Part shown: one piece after another, positions 35,125 through 46,671 of the stretch | How positions within the stretch are numbered: position 1 is the first letter of the stretch | Layout of the letters: each line of letters begins with the position of its first letter | Position numbers and translations under genes: made by a program | The notes under the pieces: generated by a model | What the model saw: the letters and a program-made list of their open reading frames with translations, nothing else | Told to the model about the DNA's origin: nothing | Databases searched by the model: none | Source of the DNA: Nageia nagi | Taxonomy: Eukaryota > Plantae > Pinophyta | Assembly: GCA_050084985.1 (NCBI GenBank) | Contig: JBITNC010000001.1 | Location: 191,332,001 to 191,396,000, forward strand | Reading direction: 5' to 3' | Length of the DNA: 64,000 bases

Positions 35125-38100
35125 AATCTTCACATTCTCTCCCTCCCCTTCCTCACATCCTTGTTCTCCTCCCATTCACCCCTTTAGGTTCTCCCCCCTC
35201 CCATTCACCCCTTTACCAAAATATTTAACTTATGCTTCTATGTATCATAGCAAGAATATTTAAATTTCTTACAAAATATCAAGTATTTATCATAATCTTC
35301 AATTGTATTCATAAAAAATAAGTGATTCCTTGTAAAGACATAAATTAATTTTTTTATTTACTTACATAATATTTTTGTAGTCTATTTTACAAATATATAA
35401 ATACAAAATATATGCCAACTTCAGGAAAATGATACCTTATCTTGTTATTTTATTTTACAAGTTTAAACAATTTAAAAATAAATAAATTATAAAAAATATT
35501 TCAAAAAATACCAAATCATCTCCTCCTTTCCCCTTCCACTTCTCCCTTCTCTCCCTCCCCTTACCTCGTTCCCCTTTCTTCTCCCCTCCTCCCATTCATC
35601 TCTTTACCTTCTGCTTTCTACCTCCCCACTTCTTCCTTCCTTCCATTCACTCTTTTATAAAAAATATTTAACTTATGCTTTAATATATTATAACAAAGAT
35701 ATTTAAATTTCTTCCAAAATATCAAGTATTTATTACTAATATATATAATAAACACAAAAAGTTCTAAAATTATTCTTCAATTGTATTCATAAAAAATTAA
35801 ATGATTCATTGCAAAGATGTAAACTAATTTTTTATTTATTTGTATAAAATTTTTATAATCCATTTTACAAATACATAAATACAAAATATATGTCAACTTC
35901 AAGAAAATTGTATCTTATCTTACTATTTCAATACACAATTATTAATTTATAATTAATAAAAGTAAGTAACAAAAAACATTTAACTTATGCTTCGATGTAT
36001 GATAATAAGAATGTTTAACTTTGATATACAAAATATTTTTATCACTAATATATATACAAACATAAAAGATTCAAAAATAATCTTTAATTGTATTCATAAA
36101 ACATTAAGTGATTCCTTGTAAGGATGTAAATTAATTTTTTATTTATTTTACATAATATTTTTGTAGTCCATTATACAAATATATAAATACAAAATATATG
36201 CCAACTTCAAAAAAAATGTATTTCACATATCATTTAATTTTATAAGTTTAAACAATTTAAAAATAAATAAACAATAGAAATTTTTTCAATAATTATTATC
36301 CTCTTTTCTCCTTCCAATTCTTCCCTTCTCTCCCTCCCATTCCCCCCTTCCCTCCCCCCCATTCACCCCTTTACCTTCTCCCCCCTCCTCACTTCTTCCC
36401 TCCTCCAATTCATCCTTTTACTCAAATATTTAACTTATGCTTCAATGTATTATAACAAGAATATTTAAAATTCTTACAAAATATCAAGTATTTATCATTA
36501 ATATATATAAGAAACACAAAAAATTCAAAATTTAATCTTCAATTGTATTCATAAAAAATTAAATGATTAATTGCAAAGATGTAAATTATTTTTTTATTAA
36601 TTTATATAATATTTTTGTAATCTATTTTACAAATATATAAATACAAAATACATGCTAACTTCAAGAAAATGGTACCTTATCTTATTGTTATTTTATTTTA
36701 TAAATTTAAATAATTTAAAAATAAATAAATAATAGAAATTATTTCAATAAATACCAAAGTACCCATCCCCTCCTTCCTTCCCCATTCAACTTCTCACCTG
36801 CTCTCCCTCCCTTTCACTCATTCCCCCTTCTCCTCCCCTACTCATTTTCGCCTCTCTACCTTCTCTCCCATCCCCACTTCTCCCCTTCTCCCCTCCTCCC
36901 ATTCACCCAATTACCAAAAATATTTAACTTATTCTTTAATGTATCATAACAAGAATATTTAATTTTTTTTTGAAATATCAAGTATTTATCATTAATATAT
37001 AAAATAAATACAAAAGGTTCAAAAATTAATCTTCAATTGTATTCATAAAAGAATAAATGATTCATTGCAAAGATGTAAACTATTTATTTATTAATTTACA
37101 TAATATTTTTGTTATCAATTTTGCAAATATAAAAATACAAAATATATGCCAACTTCAAAAATATGGTACGTTATCTTATTGTATCAATACTCAACTATTA
37201 ATTTGTAATTAAAAAAATTAAGTAATAAAAAATATTTAACTTATATTTTAATGTATGATAACAAGAATATTTAACTTTGATGTACAAAATGTTTTTATCA
37301 CTAATATATATACAAACACAAAAGGTTCAAAAATGAATTTTCATAAAAAAATTTAGTGATTCATTGTAAAGATGTAAATTATTTTTTTATTTATTTGCAT
37401 AATATTTTTTATTCCATTATACAAATATACAAATACAAAATATATGCTAGAAAATATTTAATTTTTTAATTTAACTTATCATTTTATTTTATAAGTTTAA
37501 ATAATTTAAAAATAAATAAACAATTGAAATTGTTTCAAAGTTATTTCAATAAATGGTAAAGTACCCATCTGCTCCTCCCTTCCCCTTCCACTTCTCTCCT
37601 TTTCTCCTTCCCATTCCACCTTCTCCTCACCTCCACACATTTACCTTCTCCCTCATCCCCACTTTTCCTCTCCTTCTATTTGAACCTTTATAAAAATTGT
37701 TTACCTTATGCTTTAATGTATCATAACAAGAATATTTAAATTGCTTAGAAAATATCAACTATTTATCACTAACTTAAATGATTCATTGGAAAGATGCAAA
37801 CTATTTATTTATTTATTTGCATAATACTTTTGTAATCCATTTTACAAATATATAAATACAAAATATATGCCTTCAAAAAAATGGTACCTTATCTTATTAT
37901 TATTTTATTTTACAAGTTTAAACAATTTAAAAATAAAATATACAATAGAAATTAATATTTTCTTATATATAATGTACAAACACACTCAATCTTATCAATT
38001 TAAATAATTTTCTCAAATTAATTATAGAAAAAAATATTAATTTAATTATATTATTAACAATTAATTATTTTTTTTGTTTCAATACATACAATTTATGTGA

Positions 38101-39500
38101 TTATTATGATTTGTGTTAAAAATTGTATCAATATGTAATTAGTAATTTATAATTAAAAAAATATAACCAAAATTATTTAACAAAACATTTAACTTTCTTA
38201 CAAAACATCAACTATTTATCAATAATATATATAACAAAAACAAAAGGTTCAAAAATTAATCTTCAATTGTATTCATAAAAATTAATTATCTCATTGCAAA
38301 TATATAAATTAATTTTTTATTTATTTGCATAATATTTTTGTAATCTATTTTATAAATACAAAATATATATCAACTTTAAGAAAATGGTATCTTATCTTGT
38401 TGTATCAATATACACCTATTAATTTAAGAAAATTAAGTAACCAAAATATTTAAATTATGCTTCAATGTATGATAACAAGTATAATTAACTTTGATGTACA
38501 ATATATTTTTTATCACTAATATGTATACAAACATAAAAAATTCAAATATTTTTATTTATTTACATAATATGTTTTAGTCCATTACACAAATTTATTAAAT
38601 ACAAAACATATGCCAACTTCAGGAAAATTGTTCTTTAACTTGTCATTTTATTTTACAAGTTTAAATAATTTAAAAATAAATAAACAATAAAAATTGTTTC
38701 AAAATTATCCCTTCCACTTCCACTTCTCCCCTCCTTTCCCTCCTATTCCCCCTTCTCCTTCCATTCACTGCTTTAGCTTCTCCCATGTCTCCACTTCTCC
38801 CATTTGCCCTTTTACCCAAAATGTTTAATTTATGCTTCAATGTATCATAACAAGAATATTTAAATTTATTACAAAATATCAAGTATTTATCACTATAATA
38901 TATAACATAAAAGTTTCAAAAATTAATCTTCAATTGTATTCATAAAAAATTAATTGATTCATTACAAAGACGTAAACTAATTTTTTATCTATTTGCATAA
39001 TATATTTGTAGTCCATTTTACAAATATATAAATACAATATATATATGCCAACTTCAAAAAAAATTGATACTTTATCTTGTTAAAAATAAAATACACAATA
39101 GAAATTGTTATTGTATTATAAATACCAAACTTCATCATATTCAAAAAACAATGTACAAACCACACACAACCTATCATTTTAAATAGTATTCTCAAATTAA
39201 TTATAGAAAAAATATTACTTTAAATTATATTAGTAATAATTATTTTTTTTTTTGTTTCATCAATACATGCAATTTATGTGATTATTATGATTTGTGTCAA
39301 AAATTGTATCAATATGCAATTATTAATTTAAAATTTAAAATATTAAATAACAAAAAATATTTAACTTATGCTACAATATATTATAACAAAACATTTAACT
39401 TTTTTACAAAATATCAAATATTTATGTTTCAATATCAAACATATAACAAACACAAAAGGTTTAAAATTAAATTTTTATTTATGACAATTATTTTGTAGTC
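35125..39500. repeat. Complex tandem array of AT-rich units (~310 and ~450 bp) with polypyrimidine tracts
   Basis: Anchor aaatatttaacttatgcttcaatgtatcataacaag at ~35219, 35663, 35975, 36425, 36919, 37230, 37695, 38444, 38819, 39355. Confidence 0.9.
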
Positions 39501-39984
39501 CATTCACATGATCCATTTAATAGGATTTATTTATTGTAAATGCAAGTCTTTTGAATTTAATCCACATCTTTTATACATCCATCCAATAATAAATAATAAT
39601 AATCATTAATTTATTAATTTAGATTAAAAATATTAGTTATTTTTTATTATAAATAATACAAATTCACATCACAATAAAAAACAAAATTTAAAATAATTTT
39701 TAATTTAAACTTAATAAATTAAATATGTAAATAAAAATAAAATCAAAATAGCAGCCAAAAACGGAAGACACAACCCTAAAGGAGGTTATGGCCATCCTCC
39801 TTTAAGGCTTTATGAAGGGTTTACAACCCCTCCAAAATAATTTTTTTTATTAATAAATATTGTTTAAGAGTACATTAAAAAAGAATTTAAGTATTACAAA
39901 ATCAACATATTATTTTGTGTTACCATGATATTGGTTGACAATCTAACAAAAATAAAAAATTGAAATTATATAAAAATAAATTTC

Positions 39985-39998
39985 TATATATATATTAT

Positions 39999-40051
<53 letters not shown>
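39985..40051. repeat. (TA)n microsatellite (shorter paralog at ~54260-54282)
   Basis: Direct observation. Confidence 0.95.
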
Positions 40052-40053
<2 letters not shown>

Positions 40054-40440
40054 AACAGTTAAGACTTCATTACCTGCAAAATGATGATCAACAAAATATT
40101 TCATTAACATTGTAGGAAAATAAAAAATATTTTTTCTTGTATATAAAGAATTACTCATTTCTATTTAATTATGGTAAAAAGGATTCTTTATTGCTTGTCA
40201 AACTTTAGATAGCCTAATATTCCGATATACAAAATAAACACAATGTCTATTGAACAAAATAATTGTTGGAGCTCAAGAAAATATTATAAAACTCATAGTT
40301 GAATATATAAATAGATCAAGTGCAAGTTTACTGTAACTAAAATTTATCTGACAAAGGAGATTGTGGCTGATGAAAAGAGAATTTGAGGATACAATACTGT
40401 TAATAGACTGAATACTTCCAAGCTGACGCAACAAATAATA

Positions 40441-40951
40441 TTCATGTCGATACCTAATTGCTTGACATGCCAGAGGTTATCCTTTCCCATATTTTAAAAT
40501 GCATTAAATTTCGAAAAAGATCGGTTGAAAATCTTGGTTAATACATAATAGTTTCTTATGTTCGTTGCTTAATCTAAGGCGTAAATGTACAAATGTCTTC
40601 AATATTTGAGTTATCAAGTAGTAGTTAATGTTTTCATGAATCCTGCCTTCTTCTGGACTGAGACATTGTTGTGCTTTGAATAATGGTGATGTTGCCTCTC
40701 GGAAGACAATTCTTCTATCGACTCTGGCTAACATTCTCAACAAAGATCTCAAGGCAATTTTCTATGAATAAAAATCAATTATATGTGAAGTAGACTGGGT
40801 TTTTAAGAATAATAATAACATGGTTGTAGTCATAGCTATGAGAGTAATGTGTCCCTTGCGATGGGATCACATTCAAAGGATTTTTACATGGGATTGTGTT
40901 TTGTCAATAATGAAAAATGTTGTGAATATTTGAGTTCTGAATTTGGAGCAG
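40441..40951 (+). pseudogene. Inverted copy of the PDR/ABCG fragment (Walker A exon plus introns)
   Basis: Reverse-complement homolog of 15038-15482; ASRKTILLSTLANILNKDLK. Confidence 0.8.
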
Positions 40952-41019
40952 TGAATTCGTTACATAAGTTTTATCATTATAAACCAAATAAATCTATAAG
41001 ATATTCATATAATAAAAAC

Positions 41020-41617
41020 CGTAGGGATTGGACTCTAATTGGTGCCATTGACATCGATACCAAAAATGAAGAACAAAAGAACAAACAAAGCAGCAGCAGT
41101 AGTCAAACGAGATCAATTCACCTTGCCCAGCGGATACATCTAACTAGAAGATTGTTCTGAGTAATAATAGCTCCACTCAGACCTACAAACCCCTTCAACA
41201 GACCTATTACCAGACCCTACCCCTAGGAAAATTCTTGACATACGTCACGATTACAACAGTGTTAATAAAGGTCATGGAGCTTCCTCCCACAAGTTGGTAC
41301 AAATACATTTGCCACTCTGCTGGCCTAGCTAATCTGCCAGTCACAAACAGCCATATCATCAGATATCCACATAAATTCAAGGTCGAACCCACACTCAGAA
41401 CCACACAAGGACCTGAAAACTCGTTGATGAGCCCAACAATTTTACCCACATTTAGTCCTAAATCCTTGAAAAGGCCAACATGTCGATAATTTTTTGATCA
41501 TACTACAGTGTTGCTTTGATGTGTTGTAGGCCAAAAGGACAACATGAAGAAGGAGGTGTCTGCCGTCATCTATCGGCTTCTAAAGCTCCGAATGACACCG
41601 CTGAATTCAGACTCCAT
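41020..41617 (-). pseudogene. Nodulin-like / NFD4-family MFS pseudogene, N-terminal half
   Basis: MESEFSGVIRSFRSR*MT..YDQKIIDML..FKDLGLNVG..GYLMIWL..WQMYLY..VTYVKNFPRGR/GLVIGLLKGFVGLSGAIITQ; stops, frameshifts, truncation. Confidence 0.92.
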
Positions 41618-41759
41618 CTACACACAGAGCTCACAGACCAAGTTCTGTAAAACCAAACTAGAGATCTAATCAATGAACTCTATGAAAGTCCATCAAACAG
41701 GACATGAAAATCAGATTTTTGATTTGCATGTTATAGCTGCAATTGAGAAGATAAAATCA

Positions 41760-42090
41760 AATAGTGACCTCCATAAGCCACCAATACTATCGAATGAACG
41801 TCATGAATGATATTTTCCAAATTTTTCTTGCATACGCAAGCAAACATGTGCATATTTGAAGATACAACTTTTTAAAAGTGATAAGCAATAGATTTTTGGT
41901 ATTTCCATCCTCTTACAACCTTAGCAAACATACTTCCAGCTTGTGCAGCCATGAGAGCTACAGAAGGCCTGGAGATTGTTTCATAAGATGCTTGATAAAG
42001 GAACGTTTTCATCAACTGCAATGATCACAACATGTTCACTAAATGATTTCTTTCTAAAGGCTCTAGGAACATTTCAGCCAAAGATCCTCA
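41760..42090 (+). pseudogene. PLS-class PPR fragment
   Basis: TLANILPACAAM and QKAWRLFHKMLDKGTFSSTAMITTCSLNDFFLKALGTFQ in plus frames. Confidence 0.72.
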
Positions 42091-43149
42091 CAGTCAGTAG
42101 CTTCATTGGTGCTTAGTTTCCTGGTAACTCCATTGACGTCATTTTTGGAAAGAGACATCGATGGAAGCTTGTGGGAGGCAACATGGATGGTTGGGTGATT
42201 TGGAATGTCACAGACGGTCGTATGGCCATATGGGGGATGTAATATTGTAGTAAGAAGGTAGAAGAGACTGTTTCCATAGGGAGGAGGGTGTACCGGAAGG
42301 TCCAGAGTGAGACATGAAGAGTGTGATGGAGATGTTCATTTGAATTTATTTCATATGCGGTAAATATCATCTGAACTAACCTGATAAATCTGCTTGTTTG
42401 ATAACAAATTACTGATCCAGTAACGTTCTAATTGGCTATCTTTTTCAGATCTAAGTCAAAGCATAACCTCAGATCAACCATCCTGATAAGACAATGGATT
42501 ACGAATCATCCAGCCGTCCAAACTTGAAATGTATAAAGAACACTGAATTTAATGATAGTATCTAAGAGCTCTTTTTTCTTTTTCATTTTGTTTCCTGACA
42601 GGGCTTTGATGTAAGTCATCAGCATGGCTTTTTGGATCCTTGGAATTATTTTGTATTATTTTGTAATTTTAGCCCCTTGACAGAATATTATATGTATTTG
42701 GACCTGATTGTTGGATTTAAATATAGGAGGTTCATTTTCTTGATAACTTTCTTTCTTTCTCTTTAATTGGTCAGGGGTGTTTACAGGGGTCCAGTTCCTT
42801 TACATCCATAATCTTCAGGATTATTGTCTTCTCCAATCTTCAACCTTATCATGCTTAATATTTTTGGCCTTGTTTCCATCTGTCCTGATTTATGTCCTCA
42901 ACAAATGTCTACATCACAACTAAGCCTTGCTATTATCACTTGTAATGTTATTCGTATACTTTTCCTTTATGGGCAGTAGGTGGTGCTGCAGTTTCAATCT
43001 TTGTGTGGGCAATATCAGTTATTTATCTCATCCAGAAGTGGTGTTTTTGGCTGTTTGTTGGTAATTTTTGATTTACTATAAATATGGAGTTTTATATATT
43101 ATAAGCATATTAATAAATTCCAGGTAGTTGGCATGGTCTTAAAAAAAAT

Positions 43150-45853
43150 TGAGTTGTGCAATACATATGTTTATAGTAATTAAACATCATTGACGCCAAG
43201 CAAGAAATTACTTTTTCCCATTTCTCTACTAGTTAAGCTTTTCATATGCCACTGATGTCTCTCACTAATGTGTTAGTCCTTTCTTTTGATTATCTTATTT
43301 AGATGAAGTATGGTTGCCTTCAGTCTCTATCCTTTTATCTTACCATTTATTTTTTATAAAGTAAATTAAATTTAGCTAGCTCTTATATATTTTACTATCT
43401 TCATTTGGACAAAGGCTTTGGGATACACCACTTTTACTCCGCAAAGAGCTCTTCCTCTTGTGTTTAGGGCCCGCATCGTAATTATTGTAAGTGATTTCTT
43501 GTCAGACATGATTGTTATGTTTAGTTCCAAATGGCAACTCCAGCATGATATGGATAGATTATAGAAGCTGACTATATTGTTCTTCCATAAGCTATACACT
43601 ATTTCTAGTATCATGAATTTCAACTTAGATTTTGATCTTGGCATGTTTGTAATATGTTTATAAGTTGGGGCAGAAACTTTTTAGCAATCTTCCTACATTT
43701 GAAAAACTCAAGTTCTCAAGTAAATACACATTCATATGCTGCCTAAGAGAACCCTGTCTCGTGGGGGTATTATGACTATGTTGGAAATTGAAGAATTCAA
43801 AGGGTAAACCAGCAATATGTTTCAAGAAGCACATCACAAATTTCCTGGCATATGAGAAAATTGGCATAACTTTATAAGTTAGAGTTATCTAGAAGAAAAT
43901 TGGCAAGTCTTTCAACTACATTTTGAGAGAATATTCAACAATGAGATATTGGAAGTAGAACTATGGATCATGTGATTACACAGTGTTGGATTTGAATAAT
44001 GAAGTTATTTATTTTAAAACTTTTAGTTGTCGTTGAACATTGGTAATTGAGAAGTAGTTTCAGACCTGATATTTTGTTGATCTTTGACTGTTTGTGAGCT
44101 TTAGAGCTCTTAGTGTAGATGCTGTTAAAGATTTTACTATATCATACAAGTTAACTATGGTTGTACTCCATTTATTTTTTGATCAATAATAAAATCAAAG
44201 TTCTTTAAAGTTGATGTTTCCCTACGTTGGGATTTATCACTACAAATATTATTATTTTATATCTAGATATGGATTTTACAAGGTATATTTTGGTACCTTT
44301 TCATAATCAGTAAGTTTACAATCACATATTTCAGCGCTGGCACTGTTTCTAGCATCAACTCTAGGATTTGACATAATTTGGTTAAGCAATTTAAGACACC
44401 ATATTGCTGAATAAAATATAAATTAAATCTATATTTAAATTCTATAGATTATCATAAGTCATTATAAATCATGTTAGAACATTAAAAGATCCTTTCTTTC
44501 ATGAATGCTATCATAGCGTACAAGTTAGAAAGGGGGCATGAAGGAAGCATAAAAAATGTTAGATTCGTGCTAGATCATTCTATCAGTTTTAATTTCAATT
44601 GTACATTTTAGTCCATTTCTATTCTTCTTTGGAATATATAATTTTTGTTTCCACCATTACATATCCAAAGAGGGGTAAATATATAAAAATGATTTGTATA
44701 TATTTAAAAATCATATTTATGATTATCCAAAAAATCAAAGATATAAAAGATAATTATTTTAAATACTCACTAGCCATGTACTAGTCAAGCCTAACTATCC
44801 ATAATCATTCTAATGCTTGCAAAATGTAATGAAAGCTTTTGAAGTAAATTCACCTCTGTTGTGCTTGCACAACACACCCCAAAATACAAGATTTTGGGAC
44901 CCTATTTTTGCAAAGGCAATGAGATGCATTGCCTAGAGTTTGGCCTTAGGTGATAGAGAGTTGATTTTGATGCAATATAGAGATGATATCGGGAAGCAAT
45001 ACATGAAGTTTATTTGTCAAAGACCTTGAAGCGATTTAGAGCATCCAGTCACCAATTTTGGAGCCAAGGAACCATTATTTGAGCGACATCACCAAAGAAC
45101 AAGATTTTTGGGTTTTGAATGAGGCCTATGGAGATGGTTCATTTTTCAAAGCTTGCCAGAGTTGGAAAATGAAGATACAATCTAGTAATGGACCTTGTTT
45201 CAGGCAAGTTTAGGCTTGGAAATTTTGGAATTCGACCAAGTTTGCTCCTTCTCAAGCCTAGGCATAATTTTCAAGGCTTTGATGACATCAAAGCCTAGGA
45301 ATTGGCACCAAAGGAAAATAGGGTGCATTTTGGATAAAATTGGATTGAATTTTCGAGAAAGCCTAGCTATGAAGGGTCAAATTCTAAGCATGTTTGGGCT
45401 TGGAAATTTGTGAATTGTATCAAAATTGCACCAAGGAGAGATAGGCACATGTTTTGGGAGTTTGAGGCCACCAAAGAGAAAAAATTGGCACCTAGGCTCA
45501 AAGTACTTGTTTTTCACATAATTTTGATTCCAATTTCAAGGACATTGTAAGATGGAGGCAAAATGAGGCAAGTTTGCTCTTGGAATTTTTAAAAAGATCA
45601 AAATCTATGTCCAAGGCACATAGGTGCATGTTTTGAGGGATTGACTTCATCAAAGCCAAAAATTTGGCGCTTGGATCCAATTGCACTAAAAATGATCAAA
45701 TTTTGACTTTGTCAAATCAAAATTTGGAGACATGGGTATTGCGAGCAATGCAAAGTTTAACAAGTTTAACCTTGGAGGTTTCCAAAATGGACCAAAATCA
45801 CTTCCCCCAAGCATAGGTGCAGATTTTCATGCTTTGCCATCATCAAACACAAA
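43150..45853. repeat. Segment Y, copy 2 (lacks 739-2566 equivalent; truncated inside the LTR, which starts at 44857)
   Basis: Matches 1-738 then 2567-4552. Confidence 0.95.
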
Positions 45854-46671
45854 GACATAAACTAATTTTTAATCTATTTCCATAATATATTTGTAGTCCA
45901 TTTTATAAATATATAAATACAATATGTATATGCCAACTTAAAAAAAAATCGATACTTTATCTTGTTAAAAATAAAATACACAATAGAAATTGTTATTGTA
46001 TTATAAATACCAAACTTCATCATATTCAAAAAACAATGTACAAACCACACACAACCTATCATTTTAAATAGTCTTCTCAAATTAATTATAGAAAAAATAT
46101 TACTTTAAATTATATTAGTAATAATTAATTTTTTTTTGTTTCATCAATACATGCAATTTATGTGATTATTATGATTTGTGTCAAAAATTGTATCAATATG
46201 CAATTATTAATTTAAAATTAAAAATATTAAATAACAAAAAACATTTAACTTATGCTACAATATATTATAACAAAACATTTAACTTTTTTACAAAATATCA
46301 AATATTTATGTTTCAATATCAAACATATAACAAACACAAAAGGTTTAAAATTAATTTTCAATTAATTTTTTATTTATGACAATCATTTTGTAGTCCATTC
46401 ACATGATCCATTTAATAGGATTTATTTATTGTAAATGCAAGTCTTTTGAATTTAATCCACATCTTTTATACATCCATCCAATAATAAATAATAATAATCA
46501 TTAATTTAGATTAAAAATATTAGTTATTTTTTATTATAAATAATACAAATTCACATCACAATAAAAAACAAAATTTAAAATAATTTTTAATTTAAACTTA
46601 ATAAATTAAATATGTAAATAAAAATAAAATCAAAATAGCAGCCAAAAGTGGAAGACACAACCCTAAAGGAG
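45849..46671. repeat. ~820-bp insert at the duplication junction (third copy of 38964-39784 / ~53223-54044)
   Basis: ORFs 45874..46080 vs 38989..39195, and 46176..46379 vs 53550..53753. Confidence 0.95.

Larger units (their letters stand above)
32420..43149. repeat. Segment X, copy 1 (duplicated at 46669-57374)
   Basis: Colinear match at offset ~14.23-14.25 kb across Copia, AT array and gene fragments. Confidence 0.97.

Noticed and set aside
38670-40158. Short ORFs in the AT-rich array and TA tract
   Set aside because: Low-complexity chance ORFs.
15038-40951. Hairpin-RNA locus from the inverted PDR copies
   Set aside because: Arms are 25 kb apart, diverged, and separated by several TEs.
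41235-41489. Plus-strand ORF MTYVTITT..
   Set aside because: Antisense of the nodulin-like pseudogene.
42780-43060. DXS-like fragment (PKTPLLDEINN on minus)
   Set aside because: Match too short and not extendable.
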